Origin: Nitrososphaerota archaeon
GTDB lineage: Archaea > Thermoproteota > Nitrososphaeria_A > Caldarchaeales > Wolframiiraptoraceae
Direction of reading: 5' to 3'
DNA length: 57,960 nt
NCBI GenBank assembly: GCA_021163925.1
Contig: JAGGTD010000013.1
Span: forward strand, 1 to 57,960
Positions within the stretch are counted from its first letter, which is position 1, and the number at the start of each line of letters is the position of its first letter. Shown piece by piece: positions 36,180 to 44,181 of this stretch. The position numbers were made by a program, and so were the translations under genes. The notes under the pieces were generated by a model. That model was given only the letters and a program-made list of their open reading frames with translations. It searched no databases and was not told where the DNA came from.

Positions 36180-37355
36180 CTATGCCTTCCTCCTAAAGTA
36201 CTTCGAATACATCCTCCTCAGCATTCGGGTGACTATCAGAGTCACGGTCAAGGTAACGACTCCTAGGATCGCTATTATCGCCAATAAGAAGACTTGTGGA
36301 TTCTCCAACCCACCCGTTGCCCCAGCTATCAGGATGACGCCAGCCCTCTTCAATAATGCCCAGATCCAGAGGAGCAATACGGCTCCCCTAATAGCTCCCC
36401 AGATCCTCGGATTCCGCGAGAACAGATAGTATACGATGTTCGCTAAGATGGTTATCAATAACGCGATCGCGGCGAGATCCACAGAGCCTGAGATGAATGA
36501 GCCTATTAAGAACGGCGCCTTATCAAGCCACCACCAAGTATAGGTTAATGGATCAGGGGGGTTTGGATACTTGGCGTAGACGGCGTCTATGGTCGTTATA
36601 TATCCCATGTAGAGTCCCGTGATGAAGAGGATGAATGTCGTGAAGGCGGCGAAGGTTCTGAGCTGGGCGTAGGCCGGCATCCTAAAGACTTGTATGAAGT
36701 TCTTGACCGCCCCACCTATCCTCTGATCTACGCCGAACCCCCTTAGGATGAAGTATATTCCGATCGCTGAGAGCATTAGGGGTATTGAGGCGATATTTAT
36801 CATGTAGAGTATTCCGACGATGGCCATTATTATCCCCGGAACCCCCAAGAAGATCTTAGAGTATCTAGGCTCCGTGAATAATAGCTTGAAATATCTTCCC
36901 AAGACCAGCCATGTCTGCTCAACGGACTCGCTATGCCTCACGACTATCCTCTTGATCGAGACCACCGGGATCTTAGAGGTGATTAGAGGTGTTACGAACT
37001 GGTCTGTTACGCCGTCGCTTATGAAGATGCATCCATCCGCCTTAAATCTCCTCAAAACCTCATTCAGCTCATTCATTATCTTCATATCGGCCTTTATTCC
37101 CTCATTCTCCTCGCCTGCAAGGGTTGCAACCTCCACATGGTCTTCACCATAGGTCTCCGCCAGCTCTCGATATACTCGCAAGGCGCCGAACATGGCGTTT
37201 GCGTCGGCCTCCTCCGGGTCTGAAAGGAGGAGGGCTTGAGCCGCCTTCAGGTTCTCCTCGAACCCTATGATCGGGGTCTTTATATTGGTCTTCCTACCAA
37301 TATCATTATCTCTATCGACGACGAGAACCAGCAGCTTCTTCGGAGTCTCCGCCAT
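36180..37355 (-). CDS. DUF373-family archaeal membrane protein
   Basis: 391 aa. The cytosolic N-domain (LLVLVVDRDNDIGRK...PIIG...LSDPEEADANAMFGAL) matches the DUF373 pattern as I recall it. Six or more TM helices follow. Confidence 0.6.
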   Translation of the reverse strand: MAETPKKLLVLVVDRDNDIGRKTNIKTPIIGFEENLKAAQALLLSDPEEADANAMFGALRVYRELAETYGEDHVEVATLAGEENEGIKADMKIMNELNEVLRRFKADGCIFISDGVTDQFVTPLITSKIPVVSIKRIVVRHSESVEQTWLVLGRYFKLLFTEPRYSKIFLGVPGIIMAIVGILYMINIASIPLMLSAIGIYFILRGFGVDQRIGGAVKNFIQVFRMPAYAQLRTFAAFTTFILFITGLYMGYITTIDAVYAKYPNPPDPLTYTWWWLDKAPFLIGSFISGSVDLAAIALLITILANIVYYLFSRNPRIWGAIRGAVLLLWIWALLKRAGVILIAGATGGLENPQVFLLAIIAILGVVTLTVTLIVTRMLRRMYSKYFRRKA

Positions 37356-37392
37356 CTACACCATATATATTGAGCTCTGATCACATAAGTAT

Positions 37393-38301
37393 TTACTCAG
37401 CCTTCTTACCGGTTAGTAGGCGTAGCCATTCCTCATCCTCCATTAGAGCTTTAAACTCCTCGAAGCTTAGCTTCTTCCCGGAGTATAGCTTTAGCTTGGC
37501 CTCGGCCTTGAGCCTCTCCTTCCTCTCCTCAAGCCTCCTCCTCTCCTCCTCCTCCCTCAGTTTCTTGAGGAGGTTTTGATGCTCGATCAGTTGGGATACT
37601 AGGAGTATCTTCTCGGCCTCAAGCTTCATGAGCTTCTCCTTGGCCTCAAGATACTTTGTATGCCATTCATCAGCTTTCTGCTTAAGCGCTTGAATCTTCT
37701 CCCTCAGCTGCTTAACCTGCTCACCCCTCTCGCTTAAGAGGCTCTTAACCTCGCCTATCTCCTCCCTGATCCGATCAAGCTCCTCTCGACGAGACTCAAG
37801 CTCGGCCTCTAAGCCTTCAAGCTCCCTTTGAAGCTCCATCTTCTGCCTCGCTTGAACGAGCTTAACATGTAATACTTCGAGGGCTTCCCCTATCCTCCTC
37901 TCCTCCTCCTTTGGTAGGGGCTGGGTCTGAAGCCTCCAATCCAGCTCCTCGATCCTCTTCTGGATCTCCTCGACCGTCTCCTTAATCCCTCTAAGCTTCC
38001 AAAGCCTGCGCTTAACTCCAAGATACTTCTCCTTTACGGCTTTGAGCTCGGACTTCTTCTCGGCTAGGGTCTCTCTAAGCTTGTTGAGCCTCTCCCACTT
38101 ATCCGCGTCCTCCTCCCTAATCTTCCTAAGCTTCTCGATGAACGGCTTCATCTTAGCGTGGATCTCATCCCTCTTCTCCTCATAGCTTGAAGCCTCTTCC
38201 TGAACATTCCTGATCTTGAGATTCAGCTCCCTAAGCTTTCCCCGAAGCTCGTAGATCTTCTCCTCCAATCCCTCGAAGCCTGCATCGTTCATCGAGCTCA
38301 C
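37393..38301 (-). CDS. Archaeal coiled-coil protein (COG1340-like)
   Basis: 302 aa. Almost entirely E/K/R/L heptad repeats with no enzymatic motif. The start overlaps the stop of the GPN GTPase gene by 4 nt. Confidence 0.6.
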   Translation of the reverse strand: MSSMNDAGFEGLEEKIYELRGKLRELNLKIRNVQEEASSYEEKRDEIHAKMKPFIEKLRKIREEDADKWERLNKLRETLAEKKSELKAVKEKYLGVKRRLWKLRGIKETVEEIQKRIEELDWRLQTQPLPKEEERRIGEALEVLHVKLVQARQKMELQRELEGLEAELESRREELDRIREEIGEVKSLLSERGEQVKQLREKIQALKQKADEWHTKYLEAKEKLMKLEAEKILLVSQLIEHQNLLKKLREEEERRRLEERKERLKAEAKLKLYSGKKLSFEEFKALMEDEEWLRLLTGKKAE

Positions 38302-39062
38302 CTCAGCTCAAGCTCACCCTCACTCACGATCCTCGTTAAGGCTGCGTGAAGCTCCGGGAACCCTTCCATGGTTATCGAGGAGACCGGGATTATCGGGATG
38401 CTGGAGACGATGTCGTGGACCGCCTGCGCCACCTCTCTTGAGAAGATCATGAGCCCGCCTTTAAGCTTATCTTCAAGATCCACGTAGAGCGAGTCCATGG
38501 ACTCGCTCCAGCCCTGGATTCGCTCAAGATCCTCCCTCGGAACGGCGTCGATCTTATTCAAGACTTGGATCATGGGTAGGCCGAAGCTCAAGTAGATCGA
38601 GGACGCTAGAAACGTGCTCGCGACGAAGTTCTTGACGTCTGTGCAGAAGATCGGATCTAGGATGAAGAGCATGGTCTTCCTGCCCTCAACCCCTATATTC
38701 TCCGCTAGGATCAAGCCCTCGCGCCTAAATGCGAAGAGCTCAAGCTGGCCCGGCGTATCCACTATCACGAAGTCTGGATTGAATGAGCTCACATCCTCCT
38801 TTAGCTCCTCCACGTATCTCGCAACCTCTCTAATCGAGGCTATCAAGGCGGCATTCGGGCCAAGCCTCCTAGAGACCATTATCCTCTCATAATCCACATA
38901 ATCCCTGACATCCACGTCGGGCTCATAGGGGAGTGAGTGGGCTGCTGGATCCAAGTTTACGAGCAGGGTTGACTGCTCCTGCTCCTTAAGCCAATCGCTG
39001 AACGATGATGTTAAGGTTGATTTGCCCGAGCCAGCTGTTCCGACGACGAAGACCGTATACAT
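38298..39062 (-). CDS. GPN-loop GTPase
   Basis: 254 aa. Contains P-loop GTAGSGKST, the eponymous GPN motif (RRLGPNAAL), DTPGQLE and NKID. Confidence 0.85.
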   Translation of the reverse strand: MYTVFVVGTAGSGKSTLTSSFSDWLKEQEQSTLLVNLDPAAHSLPYEPDVDVRDYVDYERIMVSRRLGPNAALIASIREVARYVEELKEDVSSFNPDFVIVDTPGQLELFAFRREGLILAENIGVEGRKTMLFILDPIFCTDVKNFVASTFLASSIYLSFGLPMIQVLNKIDAVPREDLERIQGWSESMDSLYVDLEDKLKGGLMIFSREVAQAVHDIVSSIPIIPVSSITMEGFPELHAALTRIVSEGELELR

Positions 39063-39103
39063 CCTTGAGGCTCCCCTTCAAGCATTCCTCAAAATTTATC
39101 ACT

Positions 39104-39394
39104 TTATCTAAAGATACCCGAGAATCCCGAGAGCATCCGCTCATCTTCTTCTCTGAGGATCGAGACAACCTTCTCCCTCTCAGCTCCAGTCACTTCCTCG
39201 GCTAGGTCCTTCGAGAGCTCGAGAGCCTTTTTACACTGCTCCTCAGACCCCAATACCCTGACATAGTATCCCTCTTTCCCGAGAACCTTCGCATCCTTAA
39301 ACACGATATTCGCCCTTGAGACAATCTCATCCTCGAGCAAGATCTTCCTCAACTTCTCGGAATCCGCTCCCCTAACATGTAATATTAGTTCCAT
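39104..39394 (-). CDS. Conserved-looking small hypothetical protein
   Basis: 96-aa ORF with coding-like composition, co-directional and 41 nt upstream of the GPN GTPase gene. No motif recognised. Confidence 0.45.
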   Translation of the reverse strand: MELILHVRGADSEKLRKILLEDEIVSRANIVFKDAKVLGKEGYYVRVLGSEEQCKKALELSKDLAEEVTGAEREKVVSILREEDERMLSGFSGIFR

Positions 39395-39406
39395 TTAATC
39401 ACCTCC

Positions 39407-39607
39407 CTACTTCTTGGATAACCACCACTCAAGATACTCTGAATACTTCCTCTTCCTCTCCCCACTCTTAAGCCTCTCCTCGAAAGCCCTTTGACTCTCA
39501 ACCAGCAGCTCTTGAGTCGTATAGGTTAACCCACATGAGGGACAGACATAGAGCTTGGCACTCCTATCATAGATTAGCTTCGCCCCGCACTCACGGCAGT
39601 AGGGCAA
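39407..39607 (-). CDS. Small zinc-ribbon protein
   Basis: 66 aa. CRECG-x14-CPSCG is followed by a basic helical tail. TTG start preceded by GAGG, with a TATA box about 43 nt upstream. Confidence 0.5.
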   Translation of the reverse strand: MPYCRECGAKLIYDRSAKLYVCPSCGLTYTTQELLVESQRAFEERLKSGERKRKYSEYLEWWLSKK

Positions 39608-39645
39608 CCTCTAACCCCCTTCCCCGGCATCGGGGGGTTTCCGCG

Positions 39646-39653
39646 ATATATAA
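39646..39653 (-). promoter_or_regulatory. TATA box upstream of the zinc-ribbon / GPN gene array
   Basis: The minus strand reads TTATATAT, about 43 nt upstream of the start at 39607. Confidence 0.4.
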
Positions 39654-39757
39654 GGATCGTGATAAACTACTCTACGAGCATGGCTTGAAACGTTCTGATC
39701 AAACTTTTAATCAGCAACACAACTCTTTCATGCGACCTGCTTTACCAGAAATGTTGA

Positions 39758-39860
39758 TGCGGGGGGTGGGATTTGAACCCACGAACCCCTACGGGAGCGG
39801 GTTTCACATCAATCCTCGATCTTGAGCCCGCCGCCTTTGACCAGGCTTGGCTACCCCCGC
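39758..39860 (-). tRNA. tRNA-Leu (anticodon CAA) with an intron; no encoded CCA
   Basis: Minus-strand fold by eye: acceptor GCGGGGG/CCCCCGC; D arm GCC-AAGCCTGGTCAAA-GGC; anticodon stem GCGGG/CCCGC; loop CTCAAG^A; long variable arm CCCGTAGGG; T arm GTGGG-TTCAAAT-CCCAC; discriminator A. Confidence 0.85.
39803..39820 (-). other. tRNA-Leu intron (about 18 nt) at the canonical 37/38 position
   Basis: The anticodon stem only closes if about 18 nt (ATCGAGGATTGATGTGAA) between CTCAAG and A-CCCGC are removed. The intron TTGA can pair with the anticodon-loop TCAA. The exact boundary is ambiguous by one or two A residues. Confidence 0.7.
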
Positions 39861-39885
39861 CTCCATCGTCAACCTTTCAAAGCCG

Positions 39886-39893
39886 ATATTTAT
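39886..39893 (-). promoter_or_regulatory. TATA box of the tRNA-Leu gene
   Basis: The minus strand reads ATAAATAT, centred 30 nt upstream of tRNA position +1 (39860). It is squeezed into the 52-nt gap after the stop of the upstream gene. Confidence 0.5.
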
Positions 39894-39912
39894 CCTTCGC
39901 ATATTCATTCTT

Positions 39913-42732
39913 CTATTTTTCGGCCCGTTCGGCGGGCGTTTCTGTTTCGGCCGCCTTTGCCTCTGGAGGCGGCCTTATTTTTAGATAGGGTCTCTTTTTG
40001 GCCCTCGCCCTTATCTCCGTCTCCGGGATCTCTGGAACTCTTCTACCTCTTAGATTGAGTTCCACGATCACCTCTTCTGGCGTGTATCTTATGTTAAATC
40101 CAAGCTTTTTGCAGAGCTCTATCATCCTGACGTTCTCCGGCATCACTATCCCATAGATCGTCTCCAATCCCCTCTCATCCGCTATCTGGATGGTCATGTC
40201 GATGAGCTTCGTCCCCAATCCCTTCCCCTGAAAATCGTCCGCAACCACGACCGCGAACTCTCCGCGCTTTCTAGTGGGATCCATTATCAATCTACCAACC
40301 CCGACGTTCCGCTTCTTCCCATCAGGTCCCGTGTATTCCGCTATTATGGCCATCTCCCTGTCATAGTCTATGTTACAGTATCTGACGAGCATTTCATGTG
40401 TTATGTCCTTGATGACCTGGAAGAATCTGAATCTCTTCGTCTCCTCCGATAGATTCTTGATCAACTCGAATTCAAGCGGCTCATCCTCGGGTCTAATGGG
40501 CCTCAACAACACCTGTGTTCCATCCTTTAACGTGTATGGGGTTATGTACTTCACGGGGTAGGGCATTATCACGAGGTTTGAGTGAGGTTCGATCTTCTTC
40601 TCCGCAGCCTCCTTATCCAGGATTATTCTCGCATCGACAGCGTAGAAGCTATTTCTTGAGGCCATGAGCGGATTTATGTCTATCTCCTTTATCTCAGGGA
40701 AGTCTACGATCATGTTCGAGAATCTAACCATTATCTCCTCCAATTTTACGAGGTTTACAGGGGGCTTATTCCTATGACCATCCTTCAGCAGCTTGTATAT
40801 CCTCGTCTCCTCCATCATCCTCCTGGCCAAGACTTGGTTTAGGGGTGGGAGCCCGAGGGCGTAATCCCTGAATACCTCCACGCCTACTCCACCGGCTCCG
40901 AAGAGTATGACTGAGCCGAAGATTGGGTCTTTCTTCGATCCTAGGATCAGCTCGTAGTCCGCGTCCATCACCATCTTTTGAACATAGATCCCCTCGATCC
41001 TAGCATCTGGATTATTTCTCCTGATGTTCTCCAATATCTTGTTAAACGCCTTCCTAAGCTCCTCTTCATTGCTCACTCCGAGAATGACTCCTCCGACATC
41101 GGTCTTATGAACTATGTCCGGCGAGATTATCTTGAGTGCGACTGGATAGCCTATCTTAGAGGCTATCATCAAGGCCTCTCCAACGTTCTTCGCGAGACCA
41201 GCGGGCGGGGTTGGGATTCCATAGACCTTTAGGAAGCGCTCGGCCTCATCCTCGGTTAGAACCTCCCTCCCCTCGTTTAAGGCTCTTCTAATGAGTATCT
41301 TGAGATGATGTTTTGGAGGGGCTAGATCTATCGAAAGCTCATGCGGGGTCTCGTAGAGGAGTTCGAGGTTTCGCTTATACCTATACATGTACATATAGGT
41401 TTTGACAGCCTCTTCGGGGGTGCTATAGCATGGAATATTATTCTTGAAGAAGAGTTTCCTTGCCTCCTCTATCTCCGCCCCACCTCCCATCCAAACCGCC
41501 AGGACGGGTTTAATCTTCTCGAGCGCCAAGTCTATCACCGCCTCAGCAAGCTCCTTGGGTTTCGCGGCTCCTTGAGGAGTATAGATCACCACTATTCCAT
41601 CCACGTTTGGATCGTTTAAACACACTTTTAGAGCATCAACATATCTCTCGACATCCGCGTCTCCAATGACATCTATTGGATTTCCCTTACTCCAATGAGG
41701 TGGGAGGATCGCGTTCAATTTATTCATGGATTCATCTGAAAGTTTCGCGAGTTCCCCACCGTAATCTATCACGGCGTCTGCGGCGATCACCCCTGGGCCG
41801 CCGGCGTTTGTCACTATCGCGAGCCTAGGGCCTGCTGGAAGATACCTTGAGTCTAAGACGCTTGCGCAGTTGAACAGGTCTTCTATCTCATCGACCCTGA
41901 TGGCCCCGACTCTCTTAAATGCCGCGTCATAGACCTCGAAGCTCCCAACCATGGCCCCTGTATGCGATCTCGCCGCTCTCGCTCCAGCCTCATGTTTTCC
42001 AGGTTTTAGAATTATGATCGGCTTCGTTCTCGCGAATCCTCTGGCGGCGCTCATGAACTTTCTAGCTCTCTTAATATTCTCTATCCCCTCCATGTAGATT
42101 AGGATGCTCTTCGTGTAGGGGTCCTCTCCAAGATAGTCTATTAGGTCTCCGAAGTCTATGTCGAGCATCGATCCGAGGGAGATGAACATGCTGAAGCCCA
42201 CGTGGGCTGCTATCGCCCAGTCGAGTATGGCTGATCCCAGGGCCCCACTCTGAGAGATGAAGGCTATCTGACCAGGTTCGGGCATCTTCCTCAAGAAGGT
42301 TGCGTTAAGCTTTATGTGAGGTCTTATGAACCCGAAGCAGTTTGGGCCAAGAATCCTCAGATTATATTTCTCCCTAATTCTCTCTATCTGCTCTTCAAGC
42401 TTTCTCCCCTCCTCCCCAACCTCCCTGAATCCTGCTGAGATTATTACCACTCCATCCACTCCAGCCTCACCGCATTCCTCGACGACCTTCGGAACTATCT
42501 TTGCTGGGACGGCCACTATCGCGAGATCCACATGCTTCGGCACATCCTTTATGCTCGGATAACACTTCAGCCCCAGAACCTTCTCTCGATTCGGGTTTAC
42601 GGGGAAAATCTCCCTCTCCTCCTTCCAAGATATGAGATTCTCCATTATGGCCCTCCCGACCGATCCCTCACGCTCGGTGGCACCTATCACGGCAACGGTC
42701 TCTGGATCGAACATCCGCTCAATACTCCCCAT
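39913..42732 (-). CDS. Pat/YfiQ-like fusion: NDP-forming acyl-CoA synthetase (alpha+beta) domains plus a C-terminal GNAT acetyltransferase
   Basis: 939 aa. It has an N-terminal CoA-binding domain (VAVIGATEREGSVGR), a succinyl-CoA-synthetase-like segment with RSHTGAMVGS, an ATP-grasp region, and a C-terminal GNAT with QGKGLGTKL. It ends in a Pro/Ala/Glu/Lys-rich tail. Confidence 0.85.
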   Translation of the reverse strand: MGSIERMFDPETVAVIGATEREGSVGRAIMENLISWKEEREIFPVNPNREKVLGLKCYPSIKDVPKHVDLAIVAVPAKIVPKVVEECGEAGVDGVVIISAGFREVGEEGRKLEEQIERIREKYNLRILGPNCFGFIRPHIKLNATFLRKMPEPGQIAFISQSGALGSAILDWAIAAHVGFSMFISLGSMLDIDFGDLIDYLGEDPYTKSILIYMEGIENIKRARKFMSAARGFARTKPIIILKPGKHEAGARAARSHTGAMVGSFEVYDAAFKRVGAIRVDEIEDLFNCASVLDSRYLPAGPRLAIVTNAGGPGVIAADAVIDYGGELAKLSDESMNKLNAILPPHWSKGNPIDVIGDADVERYVDALKVCLNDPNVDGIVVIYTPQGAAKPKELAEAVIDLALEKIKPVLAVWMGGGAEIEEARKLFFKNNIPCYSTPEEAVKTYMYMYRYKRNLELLYETPHELSIDLAPPKHHLKILIRRALNEGREVLTEDEAERFLKVYGIPTPPAGLAKNVGEALMIASKIGYPVALKIISPDIVHKTDVGGVILGVSNEEELRKAFNKILENIRRNNPDARIEGIYVQKMVMDADYELILGSKKDPIFGSVILFGAGGVGVEVFRDYALGLPPLNQVLARRMMEETRIYKLLKDGHRNKPPVNLVKLEEIMVRFSNMIVDFPEIKEIDINPLMASRNSFYAVDARIILDKEAAEKKIEPHSNLVIMPYPVKYITPYTLKDGTQVLLRPIRPEDEPLEFELIKNLSEETKRFRFFQVIKDITHEMLVRYCNIDYDREMAIIAEYTGPDGKKRNVGVGRLIMDPTRKRGEFAVVVADDFQGKGLGTKLIDMTIQIADERGLETIYGIVMPENVRMIELCKKLGFNIRYTPEEVIVELNLRGRRVPEIPETEIRARAKKRPYLKIRPPPEAKAAETETPAERAEK

Positions 42733-43086
42733 CGCCCTTTCCCAACCGATAATCGCTGAAGCTATCTAATAGTCATTTGTCGTTTTGATTTAGAGTGCTG
42801 TGCTCGGTCAACTTTTATCTCCTTCGCTTATAGGCCTAAGATATTACGGCGGATGTCGAATAAAAGACATATATGACATTAAGACTCGAACACAAAGTCA
42901 TCGTAGAATTCGGTTATTGGGATATGGAAACGATGTAGAAGTGTGAACTGCAACTATGAAATGGTTTATCTTAATCGTTTTTCCTTACTTATATTGGCCA
43001 AAGGCGATGAGGAGTGAACGTCGCGTAGGAGCGGGGTATGATCCTCGATGAATTAACCTCCTCTCGGCTGAGCCGGCCAAAACAGT

Positions 43087-44181
43087 TCATTTAGGCTTCA
43101 AGGCCACGAGACTCTCAACCAGTGGGGTCTGCGGAAATTGATCAATCAAAACAATCCTATCTATCTTATAGCCGAGCTGCCTCACGTCTCTGAGCTGAGT
43201 CTCAGGGTTGCATGAGACATAGACTATCCTCCTCGGCTTGGCCTTCCTTAGCTTCTTGACGAGCTTATAGCTTAAACCCGATCTTGGAGGATCTAGAACC
43301 ACGTAATCATATTTCACGGAAACCCTTTCAGCCCTCTCATTTATCAGCTCGACGTTCTTTACTCCATTCTCTTTTAGATTCATCTCAGCTATCCTAACCG
43401 CGGTCTCATTCTCCTCAACTGCGTAAACCTTCGCCGCAATCCTCGCCAAGTCAAGGGTGAACGTCCCTATTCCAGAGAACAATTCTAAGATCCCCTCACA
43501 TCCCCTTACATCAAGTAACTCCACTACACATCGAATCAACTTATCTAGCGTGTATGGATTCGGCTGGAAGAAGGTGTTTGGATGGAGGTGATAGATCCTT
43601 GAATCGATTTTCTCTACTATGGTTTCAGATCCTTTAATGACTCGGAGATCCTCGGCTCTAGCGTCTTCTCTGATCCCCTGATTTATTCCCAAGATTAGGC
43701 TTGAAACGCCTATCCCCATACTTTCAAGCTCCTCTGAAAATCTCTCGAGCTTCTCTCCCAAGTCCTCGAAAGATGTGACGAAGATCATCCGCTCATCCGT
43801 GAACTTTCCCTCGATTATGCTCAGGAATCTGATCGATCCCCTCCTCTCAACCCTATTCCATCCGCGTAATCCGTGTCTCAACATGTATTCTCTGAATATT
43901 CTCCTTATTTCATCGGCTTCGGGGGAGAGTAGAAGACATTCTTCTAGGTCTACGATCTCCCACCACTTACCCCTGACGTTCAGCCCTATCTTCAGATCCT
44001 CTGACACCGCGAAGTCCATCCTGTTCCTGTAATAGTATTGTTTTGGAGATGGATACACTTCATCGACTTTTACGCCGAATAAATCTTCGACGCGCTTAAC
44101 CTTCTCTTCAAGCTGATCCTCATAGGGTTTATCAAGATATGAGCATCCGCCGCATATTCCAAAATGCTTACAGATCTTCAT
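43087..44181 (-). CDS. RumA/TrmA-family RNA (uracil-5)-methyltransferase with an Fe-S Cys motif and no TRAM domain
   Basis: 364 aa. The N-terminal CKHFGICGGC cluster motif, the SAM site LELFSGIGTFT, DPPRSG, and the catalytic YVSCNP are present. Confidence 0.8.
   Translation of the reverse strand: MKICKHFGICGGCSYLDKPYEDQLEEKVKRVEDLFGVKVDEVYPSPKQYYYRNRMDFAVSEDLKIGLNVRGKWWEIVDLEECLLLSPEADEIRRIFREYMLRHGLRGWNRVERRGSIRFLSIIEGKFTDERMIFVTSFEDLGEKLERFSEELESMGIGVSSLILGINQGIREDARAEDLRVIKGSETIVEKIDSRIYHLHPNTFFQPNPYTLDKLIRCVVELLDVRGCEGILELFSGIGTFTLDLARIAAKVYAVEENETAVRIAEMNLKENGVKNVELINERAERVSVKYDYVVLDPPRSGLSYKLVKKLRKAKPRRIVYVSCNPETQLRDVRQLGYKIDRIVLIDQFPQTPLVESLVALKPK

Noticed and set aside
42926-42984. 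A replication-origin idea: TGGAAACGA resembles part of the archaeal ORB/mini-ORB core, with an inverted partner flanking an A/T-rich stretch.
   Set aside because: There is only one imperfect pair, no G-string element, no orc1/cdc6 gene in the window, and the match rests on my memory of the consensus. This is insufficient to call an origin.
42956-43051. A 31-codon ORF (MKWFILIVFPYLYWPKAMRSERRVGAGYDPR) in the long intergenic island.
   Set aside because: There is no TATA box at the right distance and no Shine-Dalgarno. It is too short to assess by composition, so I mention it only as something to check with ribosome profiling.
42994-43080. A possible box C/D sRNA: a TTGGCC...GGCCAA terminal stem, GCGATGA as the C box, CGATGAA as the C-prime box, and CTGA as the D box.
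   Set aside because: The C box deviates from RUGAUGA and there is no convincing D-prime box. The guide spacing is 14-15 nt rather than about 12 nt. The stem and box geometry does not leave the 3-nt k-turn bulge. I keep it only as a note within the A/T-rich island finding.
39758-43086. The tRNA-Leu gene as an integration site for a mobile element, with the A/T-rich island 3 kb away as a possible far boundary.
   Set aside because: There is no integrase, transposase or viral gene. I noticed no duplicated copy of the tRNA 3-prime half. The intervening Pat-like gene has the same compositional look as the rest of the window.
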